A DNA stretch of 64,000 nucleotides, from assembly GCA_950097015.1 (NCBI GenBank), contig CATNEN010000039.1, forward strand, positions 19,964,001 through 20,028,000, read 5' to 3'. How positions within the stretch are numbered: position 1 is the first letter of the stretch; every line of letters starts with the position of its first letter. A program made the position numbers and the translations under genes. Positions 24,395 to 36,364 of the stretch are shown piece by piece. Origin of the DNA: Macrostomum hystrix (Eukaryota; Animalia; Platyhelminthes). The notes under the pieces were generated by a model. That model was not told the origin of the DNA. It saw nothing but the letters and a program-made list of their open reading frames with translations, and did not search any database.

Positions 24395-24850
24395 GGATTT
24401 AGATGGTACTGCGAATTGAGAAGCTAAGAAAAGGGATTGAGGATTTAGAGGTCAAGAAAGGGGATTGAGGATTTAGAGGTCCAGATAAGGGATTAAGGAT
24501 TTAGAGGTCAAGAAAAGGGATTGAGGATTTAGAGGTCCAGATAAGGGATTGAGGATTTAGAGGTCCAGATAAGGATTGAGGATTTAGAGGTCCAGATAAG
24601 GGATTAAGGATTTAGAGGTCAAGAAAAGGGATTGAGGATTTAGAGGTCAAGAAAAGGGATTGAGGATTTAGAGGTCCAGATAAGGGATTTAGGATTTAGA
24701 GGTCAAGAAAAGGGATTGGGGATTTAGAAGAGAGTGAGGATTATGAATGGATTGAGGATTTAGAAGAGAGTGAGTATTGGGAAGGGATTGAGGATTAAAA
24801 AGGGATTTAGGATTGAGAAGCTTTTTGAGTATTGAGAAGTGATTGATGAG
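24395..24850. repeat. ~28-29 bp minisatellite GGGATTGAGGATTTAGAGGTC(CAGATAA/AAGAAAA)
   Basis: Tandem array with degenerate edges. Confidence 0.9.
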
Positions 24851-25338
24851 TGAGGATTACTTTTGACATGAATTAAGTTTTCTACAAAAGTTCTGGATGA
24901 GAGTCACAGCTTAAAAATGTGAAATTTGAAAATAAATCAAACCAAAAAAACTTTTTAAACTCGTTTCTAGCTCGTATTTAAAGATTTCTCCATTTTGCAT
25001 TAAAATCGAAGACATACGACAGTCTGGAAAAGAACTCGGAGCATTATTGAAAAAAAATTGGAGAAATTATTTAGGCACGTCTCTTCTAAAAGGCAGTAAA
25101 TATTTTCGATGTTTTCCACGCAAAAAGCTTTCAACACTCGAACTGTAATTTGAAGTGAAATTCTAGAAACTTTGCAATAGTCACGTTCGCAAAACAAGCC
25201 CCACATGGACATCGAAGATTTCGATCCAATTATTCTGCGAACACTCGGCTTGTGTCAGAATCTCATTAACACAATATAATCAACAGACTCAATAACACAA
25301 TCACACAACGTTATTAAGTTAAACAATAACTCAATAAC

Positions 25339-27074
25339 GAGTAGCTAGAGAGTAGCTAGAGAGTAGCTAGAGAGTAGCTAGAGAGTAGCTAGAGAGTAGC
25401 TAGAGAGTAGCTAGAGAGTAGCTAGAGAGTAGCTAGAGAGTAGCTAGAGAGTAGCTAGAGAGTAGCTAGAGAGTAGCTAGAGAATAGCTAGAGAGTAGCT
25501 AGAGAGTAGCTAGAGAGTAGCAGGAGAGTAGCTAGAGAGTAGCCAGAGAGTAGCTAGAGAGTAGCTAGAGAGTAGCTAGAGAGTAGCTAGAGAGTAGCCA
25601 GAGAGTAGCAAGAGAGTAGCTAGAGAGTAGCCAGAGATTATTTTGAGAGTAGCAAGAGAGTAGCTAGAGAGTAGCCAGAGATTATTTTGAGAGTAGCTAG
25701 AGAGTAGCCAGAGGTTATTTCGAGAGTAGCTAGAGAGTAGCTAGAGAGTAGCTAGAGAGTAGCTAGAGAGAAGCTAGAGAGTAGCTAGAGAGTAGCCAGA
25801 GATTATTTTGAGAGTAGCTAGAGAGTAGCCAGAGGTTATTTCGAGAGTAGCTAGAGAGTAGCTAGAGAGTAGCTAGAGAGTAGCCAGAGAGTAGCAAGAG
25901 AGTAGCTAGAGAGTAGCTAGAGAGTAGCCAGAGATTATTTTGAGAGTAGCTAGAGAGTAGCTAGAGAGTAGCCAGAGATTATTTTGAGAGTAGCAAGAGA
26001 GTAGCTAGAGAGTAGCCAGAGATTATTTTGAGAGTAGCAAGAGAGTAGCTAGAGAGTAGCCAGAGATTATTTTGAGAGTAGCTAGAGAGTAGCTAGAGAG
26101 TAGCTAGAGAGTAGCCAGAGAGTAGTCAGAGATTATTTCGAGAGTAGCTAGAGAGTAGCTAGAGAGTAGCTAGAGAGTAGTCAGAGATTATTTTGAGAGT
26201 AGCTAGAGAGTAGCTAGAGAGTAGCTAGAGAGTAGCTAGAGAGTAGCCAGAGAGTAGCTAGAGAGTAGCCAGAGATTATTTTGAGAGTAGCAAGAGAGTA
26301 GCTAGAGAGTAGCCAGAGATTATTTTGAGAGTAGCTAGAGAGTAGCTAGAGAGTAGCTAGAGAGTAGCCAGAGAGTAGCAAGAGAGTAGCTAGAGAGTAG
26401 CTAGAGAGTAGCCAGAGATTATTTTGAGAGTAGCCAGAGAGTAGCTAGAGAGTAGCTAGAGAGTAGCTAGAGAGTAGCCAGAGAGTAGCAAGAGAGTAGC
26501 TAGAGAGTAGCTAGAGAGTAGCTAGAGAGTAGCCAGAGAGTAGCAAGAGAGTAGCTAGAGAGTAGCTAGAGAGTAGCCAGAGATTATTTTGAGAGTAGCT
26601 AGAGAGTAGCTAGAGAGTAGCCAGAGATTATTTTGAGAGTAGCCAGAGAGTAGCTAGAGAGTAGCTAGAGAGTAGCTAGAGAGTAGCCAGAGAGTAGCAA
26701 GAGAGTAGCTAGAGAGTAGCTAGAGAGTAGCAAGAGAGTAGCTAGAGAGTAGCCAGAGAGTAGCAAGAGAGTAGCTAGAGAGTAGCTAGAGAGTAGCCAG
26801 AGAGTAGCAAGAGAGTAGCTAGAGAGTAGCTAGAGAGTAGCTAGAGAGTAGCTAGAGAGTAGCCAGAGAGTAGCAAGAGAGTAGCTAGAGAGTAGCTAGA
26901 GAGTAGCCAGAGATTATTTTGAGAGTAGCCAGAGAGTAGCTAGAGAGTAGCCAGAGATTATTTTGAGAGTAGCCAGAGAGTAGCCAGAGAGTAGCCAGAG
27001 ATTATTTCGAGAGTAGCTAGAGAGTAGCCAGAGATTATTTTGAGAGTAGCCAGAGAGTAGCTAGAGAGTAGCTA
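25339..27074. repeat. 11-bp satellite AGCTAGAGAGT with interspersed GATTATTTT variant (higher-order pattern)
   Basis: ~1.7-kb tandem array. Confidence 0.97.
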
Positions 27075-27538
27075 AATTTATTTCCTCGGAACGAAACTAC
27101 CGAATGAAGAAAAAAATTTCATTATAGAGGCCTAGTAGCGATCATTTCTTCGTGCTAAACTACAAAGTGGCGGCTTGTCCGTATGGGTATTGAGCAGATG
27201 AAAGCCGTGTTATCGTCCGTTATAGAATGACTGTAATCATCTATTAGAGACTGTAACCTCATGTTAGTTTACTGTCTGCAAAATTAATTGAAACCTCAAA
27301 AGTAAACATTTATTAAATTAACAAATTGTAATAAATTTTTCTCGTATTTTAATGAAACTGTGTTGCTATCTAACCAAGTTAGAAAATTCTCACAAACAGG
27401 AAAGAAACAAATTGAAACGCTTTTAAACATTTGTTTGCTTTCGCTCTAATAATCAAGGTCAAGAAACGGTTCAAAGGTTTGTTAAAAAGTTGGGATCGCA
27501 TTCAAATCGGCTAACCGCCGTCAGCAATTGATGCAGGG

Positions 27539-30500
27539 TCAATCGTACTTCTTTGGCAGTGGATTGACAATGTGGCTCTCGAGGGTTTCAAACACCGTCT
27601 CAACATCCTGGTCGCAGTTGACGTCCAGAGACAAAGACTTGGCGGCGGCACTGCCGCCGCCGTAGAAGTCGCGCAATTCGTCGCGGAATGTCGAATAGCG
27701 AGATAGTCGACGGTTGACTTCAAGCTCGGTGTCTCGCGGATGCTGCACTAGGCGCGCCTTCACGTGGGCCTCAGTTGGAGGATCGTACAGGCTTTGGTAG
27801 CGCCGACCAGTGACCGGGTCCGTCATGCGATTAGTCAGGCGCTCGAGAACCTGCGAGTTGCCGAGCTCCATGAAGAATACGCTGAAGGATGAGGATTAGA
27901 GTGCCGTCAGTTAGGGGTCTGTAAAATACTCGTCTGTAACCTACTGTCTGTAACATACTGTCACCGTCTGTAACCTACTGTCAACGTCTGTAACCTACTG
28001 TCAACGTCTGTAACCTACTGTCAACGTCTGTAACCTACTGTCAACGTCTGTAACCTACTGTCTGTAACATACTGTCACCGTCTGTAACCTACTGTCAACG
28101 TCTGTAACCTACTGTCAACGTCTGTAACCTACTGTCAACGTCTGTAACCTACTGTCAATGTCTGTAACCTACTGTCAACGTCTGTAACCTACTGTCAACG
28201 TCTGTAACCTACTGTCAACGTCTGTAACCTATTGTCACCGTCTGAAACCTACTGTCTGTAATCTACTGTCACCGTCTGTAACCTACTGTCAACGTCTGTA
28301 ACCTACTGTCAACGTCTGTAACCTACTGTCAACGTCTGTAACCTACTGTTAACGTCTGTAACCTAGTGTCAACGTCTGTAACCTAGTGTCAACGTCTGTA
28401 ACCTACTGTCAACGTCTGTAACCGCCTGTCGGAGTCTATAACGTACCTTTAATGTCTGTAACTTCCATGTCAATATCTGTAACCGACTATCAATGTCTGT
28501 AACCTACTGTCAATGTCTGTAATCAACTGTCAATATCTGTAACCTCCGCTCCATAACTGTAACATAATATCAAATGTCTGTTTCCTACTTCATTGTCTCT
28601 AAACTACTGTCATTGTCTGTAACCTTCTGTCGATTGCTATTATTTCTATTAAAATCCTGTAACCTCATATTAGCACTTAATAATTTCTAAGCAGCTAACA
28701 ATGACCATAGTTGGTGTCTTCAATCGGTTCATACAATCAATAATGACTCAAATAAATTTTAGAACAAAATGTAATCTCGCCTTATCTATAAGCTGTGTGA
28801 GTGCAATTAATTAAACGTCAAAATTTCAAAACCTTTAGCTGCCTATTTCGTGTAGGAATAAAATGAGCAGAAACCGGTCCTCCTGACAATTAAACCCTGG
28901 AGGAAGAAATTGCAGCTAAGAGGGTCCCTGTCGGAAGCTGCGAAACTTTGGCAGTTTGCCAGCAATCAATTTTTTGTCCCTGCTTGGAGACTGCAGGGCC
29001 TGGGGCTTGGGAAGGAAATCTATTTTTTTCCACCCTCCGAGTCAAATCCCAGTTCCTGCCTTTCTAATCTCTGATCAGCTGCAGCCCCTTTTCGTTGTGA
29101 TTCTTCTTCATGACTTGTCTGGATGATAGAAACTTGTGTACTTTAGAGTTCCGTGCTCAGCTAGCACTTAATAAAAATATTGCTTTAATTTCTTGTTGGG
29201 GTAGCTACAAAAAGCAGAAATTCACAGCAGTTTACAGACATTGACAGGGAGTTACAGACATTGACTTGAGGTTACAGACATTGACTTGAGGTTACAGACA
29301 TTGACTTGAGGTTACAGACATTGACTTGAGGTTACAGACATTGACTTGAGGTTACAGACATTGACTTGAGGTTACAGACATTGACAGTAGGTTACAGACA
29401 TTGACAGTAGGTTACAGACATTGACAGTAGGTTACAGACATTGACTTGAGGTTACAGACATTGACTTGAGGTTACAGACATTGACTTGAGGTTACAGACA
29501 TTGACAGTAGGTTACAGACATTGACAGTAGGTTACAGACATTGACAGTAGGTTACAGACATTGACAGTAGGTTACAGACATTGACAGTAGGTTACAGACA
29601 TTGACAGTAGGTTACAGACATTGACAGTAGGTTACAGACATTGACAGTAGGTTACAGACATTGACAGTAGGTTACAGACATTGACAGTAGGTTACAGACA
29701 TTGACAGTAGGTTACAGACATTGACAGCAGGTTACAGAAATTGACAGCAGGTTACAGACATTGACAGTTGGTTACAGACATTGACAGCAGGTTACAGAAA
29801 TTGACAGAAGGTTACAGACTTTGACAGAAGGTTACAGACATTGACAGTTGGTTACAGACATTGACAGTTGGTTACAGACATTGACAGTTGGTTACAGACA
29901 TTGACAGTAGGTTACAAACATTGACAGTAGGTTACAGACATTGACAGTTCGTTACAGACATTGACAGTAGGTTACAGACATTGACAGTAGGTTACAGACA
30001 TTGACAGTAGGTTACAGACATTGACTTGAGGTTACAAACATTGACAGTAGGTTACAGACATTGACAGTAGGTTACAGACATTGACAGTTGGTTACAGACA
30101 TTGACAGTAGGTTACAGACATTGACAGTAGGTTATAGACATTGACAGTAGGTTACAGACATTGACAGTAGGTTACAGACATTGACAGTAGGTTACAGACA
30201 TTGACAGTAGGTTACAGACATTGACAGTAGGTTACAGACATTGACAGTAGGTTACAGACATTGACAGTAGGTTACAGACATTGACAGTAGGTTACAGACA
30301 TTGACAGTAGGTTACAGACATTGACAGCAGGTTACAGACATTGACAGTTGGTTACAGACATTGACAGTAGGTTACAAACATTGACAGTAGGTTACAGACA
30401 TTGACAGTAGGTTACAGACATTGACAGTAGGTTACAGACATTGACAGTAGGTTACAGACATTGACAGTAGATTACAGACATTGACAGTAGGTTGCACACT

Positions 30501-33500
30501 TTGGCAGTAGGTTACAGACATTGACAGTAGATTACAGACATTGACAGTAGGTTGCAGACATTGGCAGTAGGTTACAGACATTGACTTGAGGTTACAAACA
30601 TTGACAGTAGGTTACAGACATTGACAGTAGGTTACAGACATTGACAGTAGGTTGCAGACATTGACAGTAGGTTGCAGACATTGGCAGTAGGTTACAGACA
30701 TTGGCAGTAGGTTACAGACATTGACAGTGGGTTGCAGACATTGGCAGTAGGTTACAGACATTGGCAGTAGGTTACAGACATTGACAGTGGGTTGCAGACA
30801 TTGGCAGTAGGTTACAGACATTGACAGTAGGTTACAGAAATTGACAGTAGATTACAGACATTGACAGTGGGTTGCAGACATTGGCAGTAGGTTACAGACA
30901 TTGACAGTAGGTTACAGACATTGACAGTGGGTTGCAGACATTGGCAGTGGGTTGCAGACATTGGCAGTAGGTTACAGAAATTGACAGTAGATTACAGACA
31001 TTGACAGTGGGTTGCAGACATTGGCAGTAGGTTACAGACATTACATAGTGATTAGCAACAAAATGTCTATTCTTGCTCGCATTTAGCATTATCAATGGAT
31101 CAGTGAAATGCAAAGTCAAGTAGCAATCATTCTTGTCCCTAATAATCTAAAAATGTCTCTATATACGAGCTATGGCATTCCTATATAATGTAGGGTAAAT
31201 AATCTTATCATAGACTTGTGTGACTCACGACACTAAATCCTTGAGTTTTCGGATGCAATCAAAGTAACTAACGAACCAGAAAAGTCTTATCTAGATGTGA
31301 GTCATCCCAAATTCGAGAGATATTGTGACTCAGACTGTGAAATGCAAGTGCAATCAATCAGGTAACGGAGCCATCGAAATAATTAGTTCAGTATTAGATA
31401 TGCAAGGCTAACTCTACAATGAGACCCAGAACGATCCCAGAACGAACCCAGAAAAGAACCCAGAATAAACCCCAGAATGATCCTGGACTAAACCCCAGAA
31501 TTAACCCCAGAATGATCCTGGACTAAACCCCAGAATTAACCCCAGAATGATCCTGGACTAAACCCCAGAATAAACCCCAGAATGATCCTGGACTAAACCC
31601 CAGAATAGACCCCAGAATGATCCTGGACTAAACCCCAGAATTAACCCCAGAATGATCCTGGACTAAACCCCAGAATGATCCTGGACTAAACCCCAGAATT
31701 AACCCCAGAATTAACCCCAGAATGATCCTGGACTAAACCCCAGAATTAACCCCAGAATTAACCCCAGAATGATCCTGGACTAAACCCCAGAATAAACCCC
31801 AGAATGATCCATAGTTGATCCCAGAAACGACACAATAACCCAAAATTGATCACAGAATAATACATCTCATTATGACTCAAACATGATACCAGACGCATCA
31901 CTGATTGATATCAGAATAGTATTTGAACTATTATTGAAGCGAATAGAAAAGTCCTCATTTTACTACTATCAGCTGGAATCGACAGTAGTTCAGTTTGGTA
32001 ATGCGCACAGAAAATGTCTCATCAGCGAAGCGAGTTCTGATTCTCTCACCGGTTCGGCTGGAAGCCGGCATCGGCCAGCTGCTCCGCTTGGCCGCGGGTG
32101 CGCGGGTATCCGTGCAGAACCCAGCCGCGGCTGACACAGTCCAGCTGGCTCATTCGCTCCTTCATCAGCTTCAGCAGGATGGCGTCTGGCACTGGCATGC
32201 CTCTGCGAGTGTGTCGGGTGCATAGGTGAATGAGGATTTATGCGTCTTAAAATCTAAGGATAGCGGGGGATAAACTCGATTGTTATAAACACATGAGTGG
32301 GATAAATTTAGTCAAACTCCCTTGGGAAATATAAAATGTAATCGCAATATATGCGGATTGATGGGATGAATCAAACCACACTACCATGGATTTATTGCGA
32401 TAATACATTCACACAACCTGGGGATTAATGGGAAAAATCTACACATACTACTTGGGGATAATTGGGATAATCCCCCAGGCGATTAGGGATAAGGGATAAT
32501 TCTAATCAAACTTACCTGGGGATAATTGGGATAAATCTAATCAAACTACCTAGGGATAAGGGATAAATCTAATCGCACTACCTGGGGTATAATTGGGATA
32601 AATCTAATCGCACTACCTGGGGGATAATTGGGATAAATCTAATCACACTACCTGGGGGATAATTGGGATAAAACTAATCACACTACCTGGGGGATAATTG
32701 GGATAAAACTAATCACACTACCTGGGGTATAATTGGGATAAATCTAATCGCACTACCTGGGGGTTAATTGGGATAAATTTTATCGCACTACCTGGGGATT
32801 AATGGGATAAATACAGCCTCATAAATACAACCCAGGAGTGAGAAAAATAAAATAAATTTAAATCCAATCAAGCCACAATCACCTGTCAACATAGTTCTTC
32901 ATAGCGGCACCGGCCTTAGTCTCGCCCGAGATGGCCTGCTTAATCAGTAGGCCGCAGTTCAGATTCACCAAGCCGTATTTGGCAGCCAGCAGAGCAGCCT
33001 GGGTGTCGCGGCCGCTGCCTGGCGGTCCAATCAGGATAACTCGAGGATTGCGCGGTGCCGAACTGCGCTTCGGCGAGCGGACGAACTCCAAGGAGTGGTA
33101 GAATACGTCCGCTACTGGCTGGTCCGCGTTCACCTACGATTCCAACCATAGACATTAGCTCTGGACTTGAAATATTCCATAACAGCTTTCTCCAGCTGCC
33201 ACTTACTCTTGTCTTCCATCCCTATCTCTCTGGTCTAATCACTCCCTCTCTTACTCTCCCTCTGGACGAATCTCTCCCTCTTCCACTCTCTCTGGTCTAA
33301 TCTCTCCCTCTCCCACTCTGTCTGGTCTAATCTCTCCTTATCCCACTCTCTCTGGTCTAATCTCTCCCTCTCCCACTCTCTGGTCTAATCTCTCTCTCTT
33401 CCACTCTCTCTGGTCTAATCACTCCCTCTCCTACTCTCTCTGATCTAATCTCTCCCTATCCCACTCTCTCTGGTCTTATCTCTCCCTCTCCCACTCTCTC

Positions 33501-35705
33501 TGGTCTAATCTCTCCCTCTCCTACTCTGTCTGGTCTAATCTCTCCCTCTCCTACTCTGTCTGGTCTAATCTCTCCCTCTCCCACTCTCTCTGGTCTAATC
33601 TCTCCGTCTCCCTCTCTCTGGTCTAATCACTCCCTCTCCCACTCTCTCTGGTCTAATCTCTCCCTCTCCCCCTCTCTCTGGTCTAATCTCTCCCTCTCCC
33701 ACTCTCGCTGGTCTAATCTCTCCCTCTCCCACTCTCGCTGGTCTAATCTCTCCCTCTTCCACTCTCTCTGGTCTAATCTCTCCCTCTTCCAATCTCTCTG
33801 GTCTAATCTCTCCCTCTCCCACTCTCTCTGGTCTAATCTCTCCCTCTCCCACTCTCTCTGGTCTAATCTCTCCCTCTCACACTCTCTGTTCTAATCTCTC
33901 CCTCTCCCACTCTCGCTGCTCTAATCTCTCCCTCTCCCACTCTCTCTGGTCTAATCTCTCCCTCTTCCACTCTCTCTGGTCTAATCTCTCCCTCTCCCCC
34001 TCTCTCTGGTCTAATCTCTCCCTCTCCCCCTCTCTCTGGTCTAATCACTCCCTCTCCCACTCTCTCTGGTCTAATCTCTCCCTCTCCCACTCTCTCTGGT
34101 CTAATCTCTCCCTCTCCTACTCTCTCTGGTCTAATCTCTCCCTATCCCACTCTCTCTGGTCTAATCTCTCCCTCTCCCACTCTGTCTGGTCTAATCTCTC
34201 CTTATCCCACTCTCTCTGGTCTAATCTCTCCCTCTCCCACTCTCTCTGGTCTAATCTCTCCCTCTCCCACTCTGTCTGGTCTAATCTCTCCCTCTCCCAC
34301 TCTCTCTGATCTAATCTCTCCCTCTCCTACTCTGTCTGGTCTAATCTCTCCCTCTTCCACTCTCTCTGGTCTAATCGCACCTTAAAACCGACAGTGGAAT
34401 AGCAGGGCGCCAATTCAATAATTCTACTCTCGAATTCTCGAATTCTCTCGCCGATTTCAGCCTCCGAGTTGCCCGGACATTCAACCAGACGCTCCAGCAC
34501 TTCGTCATCGGTCGGTTGGTCGAATACCAGGTGAAAGATGTCCCCGGTCTCCGGATCCCAGCGCTTGCCGATGGCTCGCTCCGCCAGAACTGTCGGCTTG
34601 GCCTCCAAAAAGATCACGTGATCCGGTATGACACCGGCAGTCTGCAGAGCGATAGCCTGATCGCGAGTCTGCGGAAAGCCGGACATCACCCAGCCCTTGC
34701 GGTTGCAGTCCTGAATGCTCAGCCGGTTCTTCACGATGCTCGTCCATAGCTCTGTGGGTATGGGCTGCCAAATAGATAGCAGTTATAAAATTTATTGAGC
34801 AACAGCAGTTTCTACCGATTGTTACTAATTGATAAAATTAACCTCGATAAAATAGTTTTCTTTTTTGTGTAAAAACGAAAAGTTATAATTTTGTAATCAT
34901 AGCAAAAACTAAAAAAAAATCTGAATAGCAGACACATCAGTTATTTTCCTAAGCATTACCTAAAGATAGCTTTCTAATTTTGATATAATTTTTTTGCTTT
35001 AAATTGAAATTTTTAACTTAGATGTAAACAAAAATTTTGCATACTTTACAAAACAAAAAATACAATTACTTTGCAAATATTTTATTTGATTTATTCATCA
35101 ATTTTTTCCTGTTTCGAGAAGTAAATTAGTGAATGATTTATGCGTTTTTTTCTAACAAAAAATTTACTTACTAGCTGTAACAATTTTATTTACACAAGAT
35201 AAGAAGCTGCACCTCACCTGCTTCTCTTGCAGATAAAATTCGGCCTTCTGCCTCAGCTTGCGATCAACCTCGGGAATCATGTTCTGCATGGTCAGGTGCG
35301 GGCAGCGCAGCCGTCCGGCCAACATTTTGCCGATGGTATGCTTTCCAGATGCTGGTGGACCAAGCACAATGACGGTGCTCGGATGGGCATTGTCCTTCTC
35401 CAAGGTTTCAATGAGAAACTGGAGCGGATCCGCCGGCTTGTGAATCAGCAGTTGCGAAATCAAGTCCTGTTGGGTGCAGATACAAAATTGGAAGATTTAA
35501 ACACATTCCAAAACCAGTTTCGACTTAAAAATCGAAGGGTTCTAGGCTTCTAACAAACAAAATGATGTAAAGATATAAGGCGGTACATATTTTAGCTCAA
35601 ATGTAAACTTTAAATAGTTACCTGATATAAGTCAAAAAGGTTGTGCTTTTCTGCATAAAGTGCAAAAGATGGTGGTATTTGAAGTGGCCTTGCCGTCTGG
35701 TCCAT
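27539..35705 (-). CDS. AK8: Adenylate kinase 8 (two AK domains; ciliary/axonemal in other animals)
   Basis: Exons 35705-35622, 35466-35218, 34764-34381, 33133-32883, 32202-32050 and 27881-27539, with consistent phases. N-terminus MDQTARPLQIPP...QLLIHKPADPLQF; P-loops GPPASGK and GPPGSGR; KRWDPETG and RMTDPVTG lid motifs; ends IVNPLPKKYD, like the AK8 C-terminus as I recall it. Confidence 0.95.
27918..28625. repeat. 20-bp minisatellite TCTGTAACCTACTGTCAA(C/T)G
   Basis: Tandem array; reverse complement of the 29230-31045 unit. Confidence 0.95.
29230..31045. repeat. 20-bp minisatellite GTTACAGACATTGACAGTAG, ~90 copies
   Basis: Tandem array in AK8 intron 5. Confidence 0.97.
31425..31830. repeat. 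Composite minisatellite AACCCCAGAAT / GATCCTGGACT
   Basis: Tandem copies. Confidence 0.9.
32420..32812. repeat. ~34-bp minisatellite AATTGGGATAAATCTAATCGCACTACCTGGGGGAT
   Basis: Tandem copies in AK8 intron 4. Confidence 0.88.
33225..34376. repeat. 30-bp minisatellite CTCTCTGGTCTAATCTCTCCCTCTCCCACT, ~38 copies
   Basis: Fills AK8 intron 3, starting ~5 nt from the donor GT. Confidence 0.96.
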
Positions 35706-36364
35706 GTTGCTTTTTCGCTATATACGACGAAAATAAAATAAAAACTCGAACAACTAGCATATGCACTTGTAAATTGAATGTTTGGGGCGTGTAAAGCATT
35801 TAATTGGTTAATAATTGTAAGTTAAACTTTTTGTTGCTAAGGTGCTAGAACCGTTAAGAAATAATTAGCAGAAATGAGCAAAGCAAGCAGCCAAGTTTTC
35901 AGCATGTTAAATTTTTTAGGTTTTGCTTTGTCATAGTGTATATTGACACATTATTTTGTTTTAAATACAATCCCTCGAAACTAACTTTCTATGAAATGAA
36001 GATTTAAACTGGGGCATTGAAAAAATGCGATCGGGTTAGCTGCTCCTAACTGCGCTTTAGGTTTACGTTCATTCTAGCTTCTTTTTTAAATCACAATTTT
36101 AAATAATCAAACATTTGAATGTTCTCATAATTATTTCTAGTCGCCCATATTCATGTTTCAAGCTACAATCTAAATGCTTAGCTTTAGGCTTAAATAAGAC
36201 TAATTATTGTAGGTTTTTTTACTTTAAAGCAAGTTTTCATGAAACAATCTCTGTTAAAAAGATTTGAATTTGAATTAAAAAGATCAGATATCAGAGTTGA
36301 AAAGGATTTAAAATAAGTAACAGGGAAGTCAACAAGCGTTCCCAAGCTCATTTGACTTTCAGTA

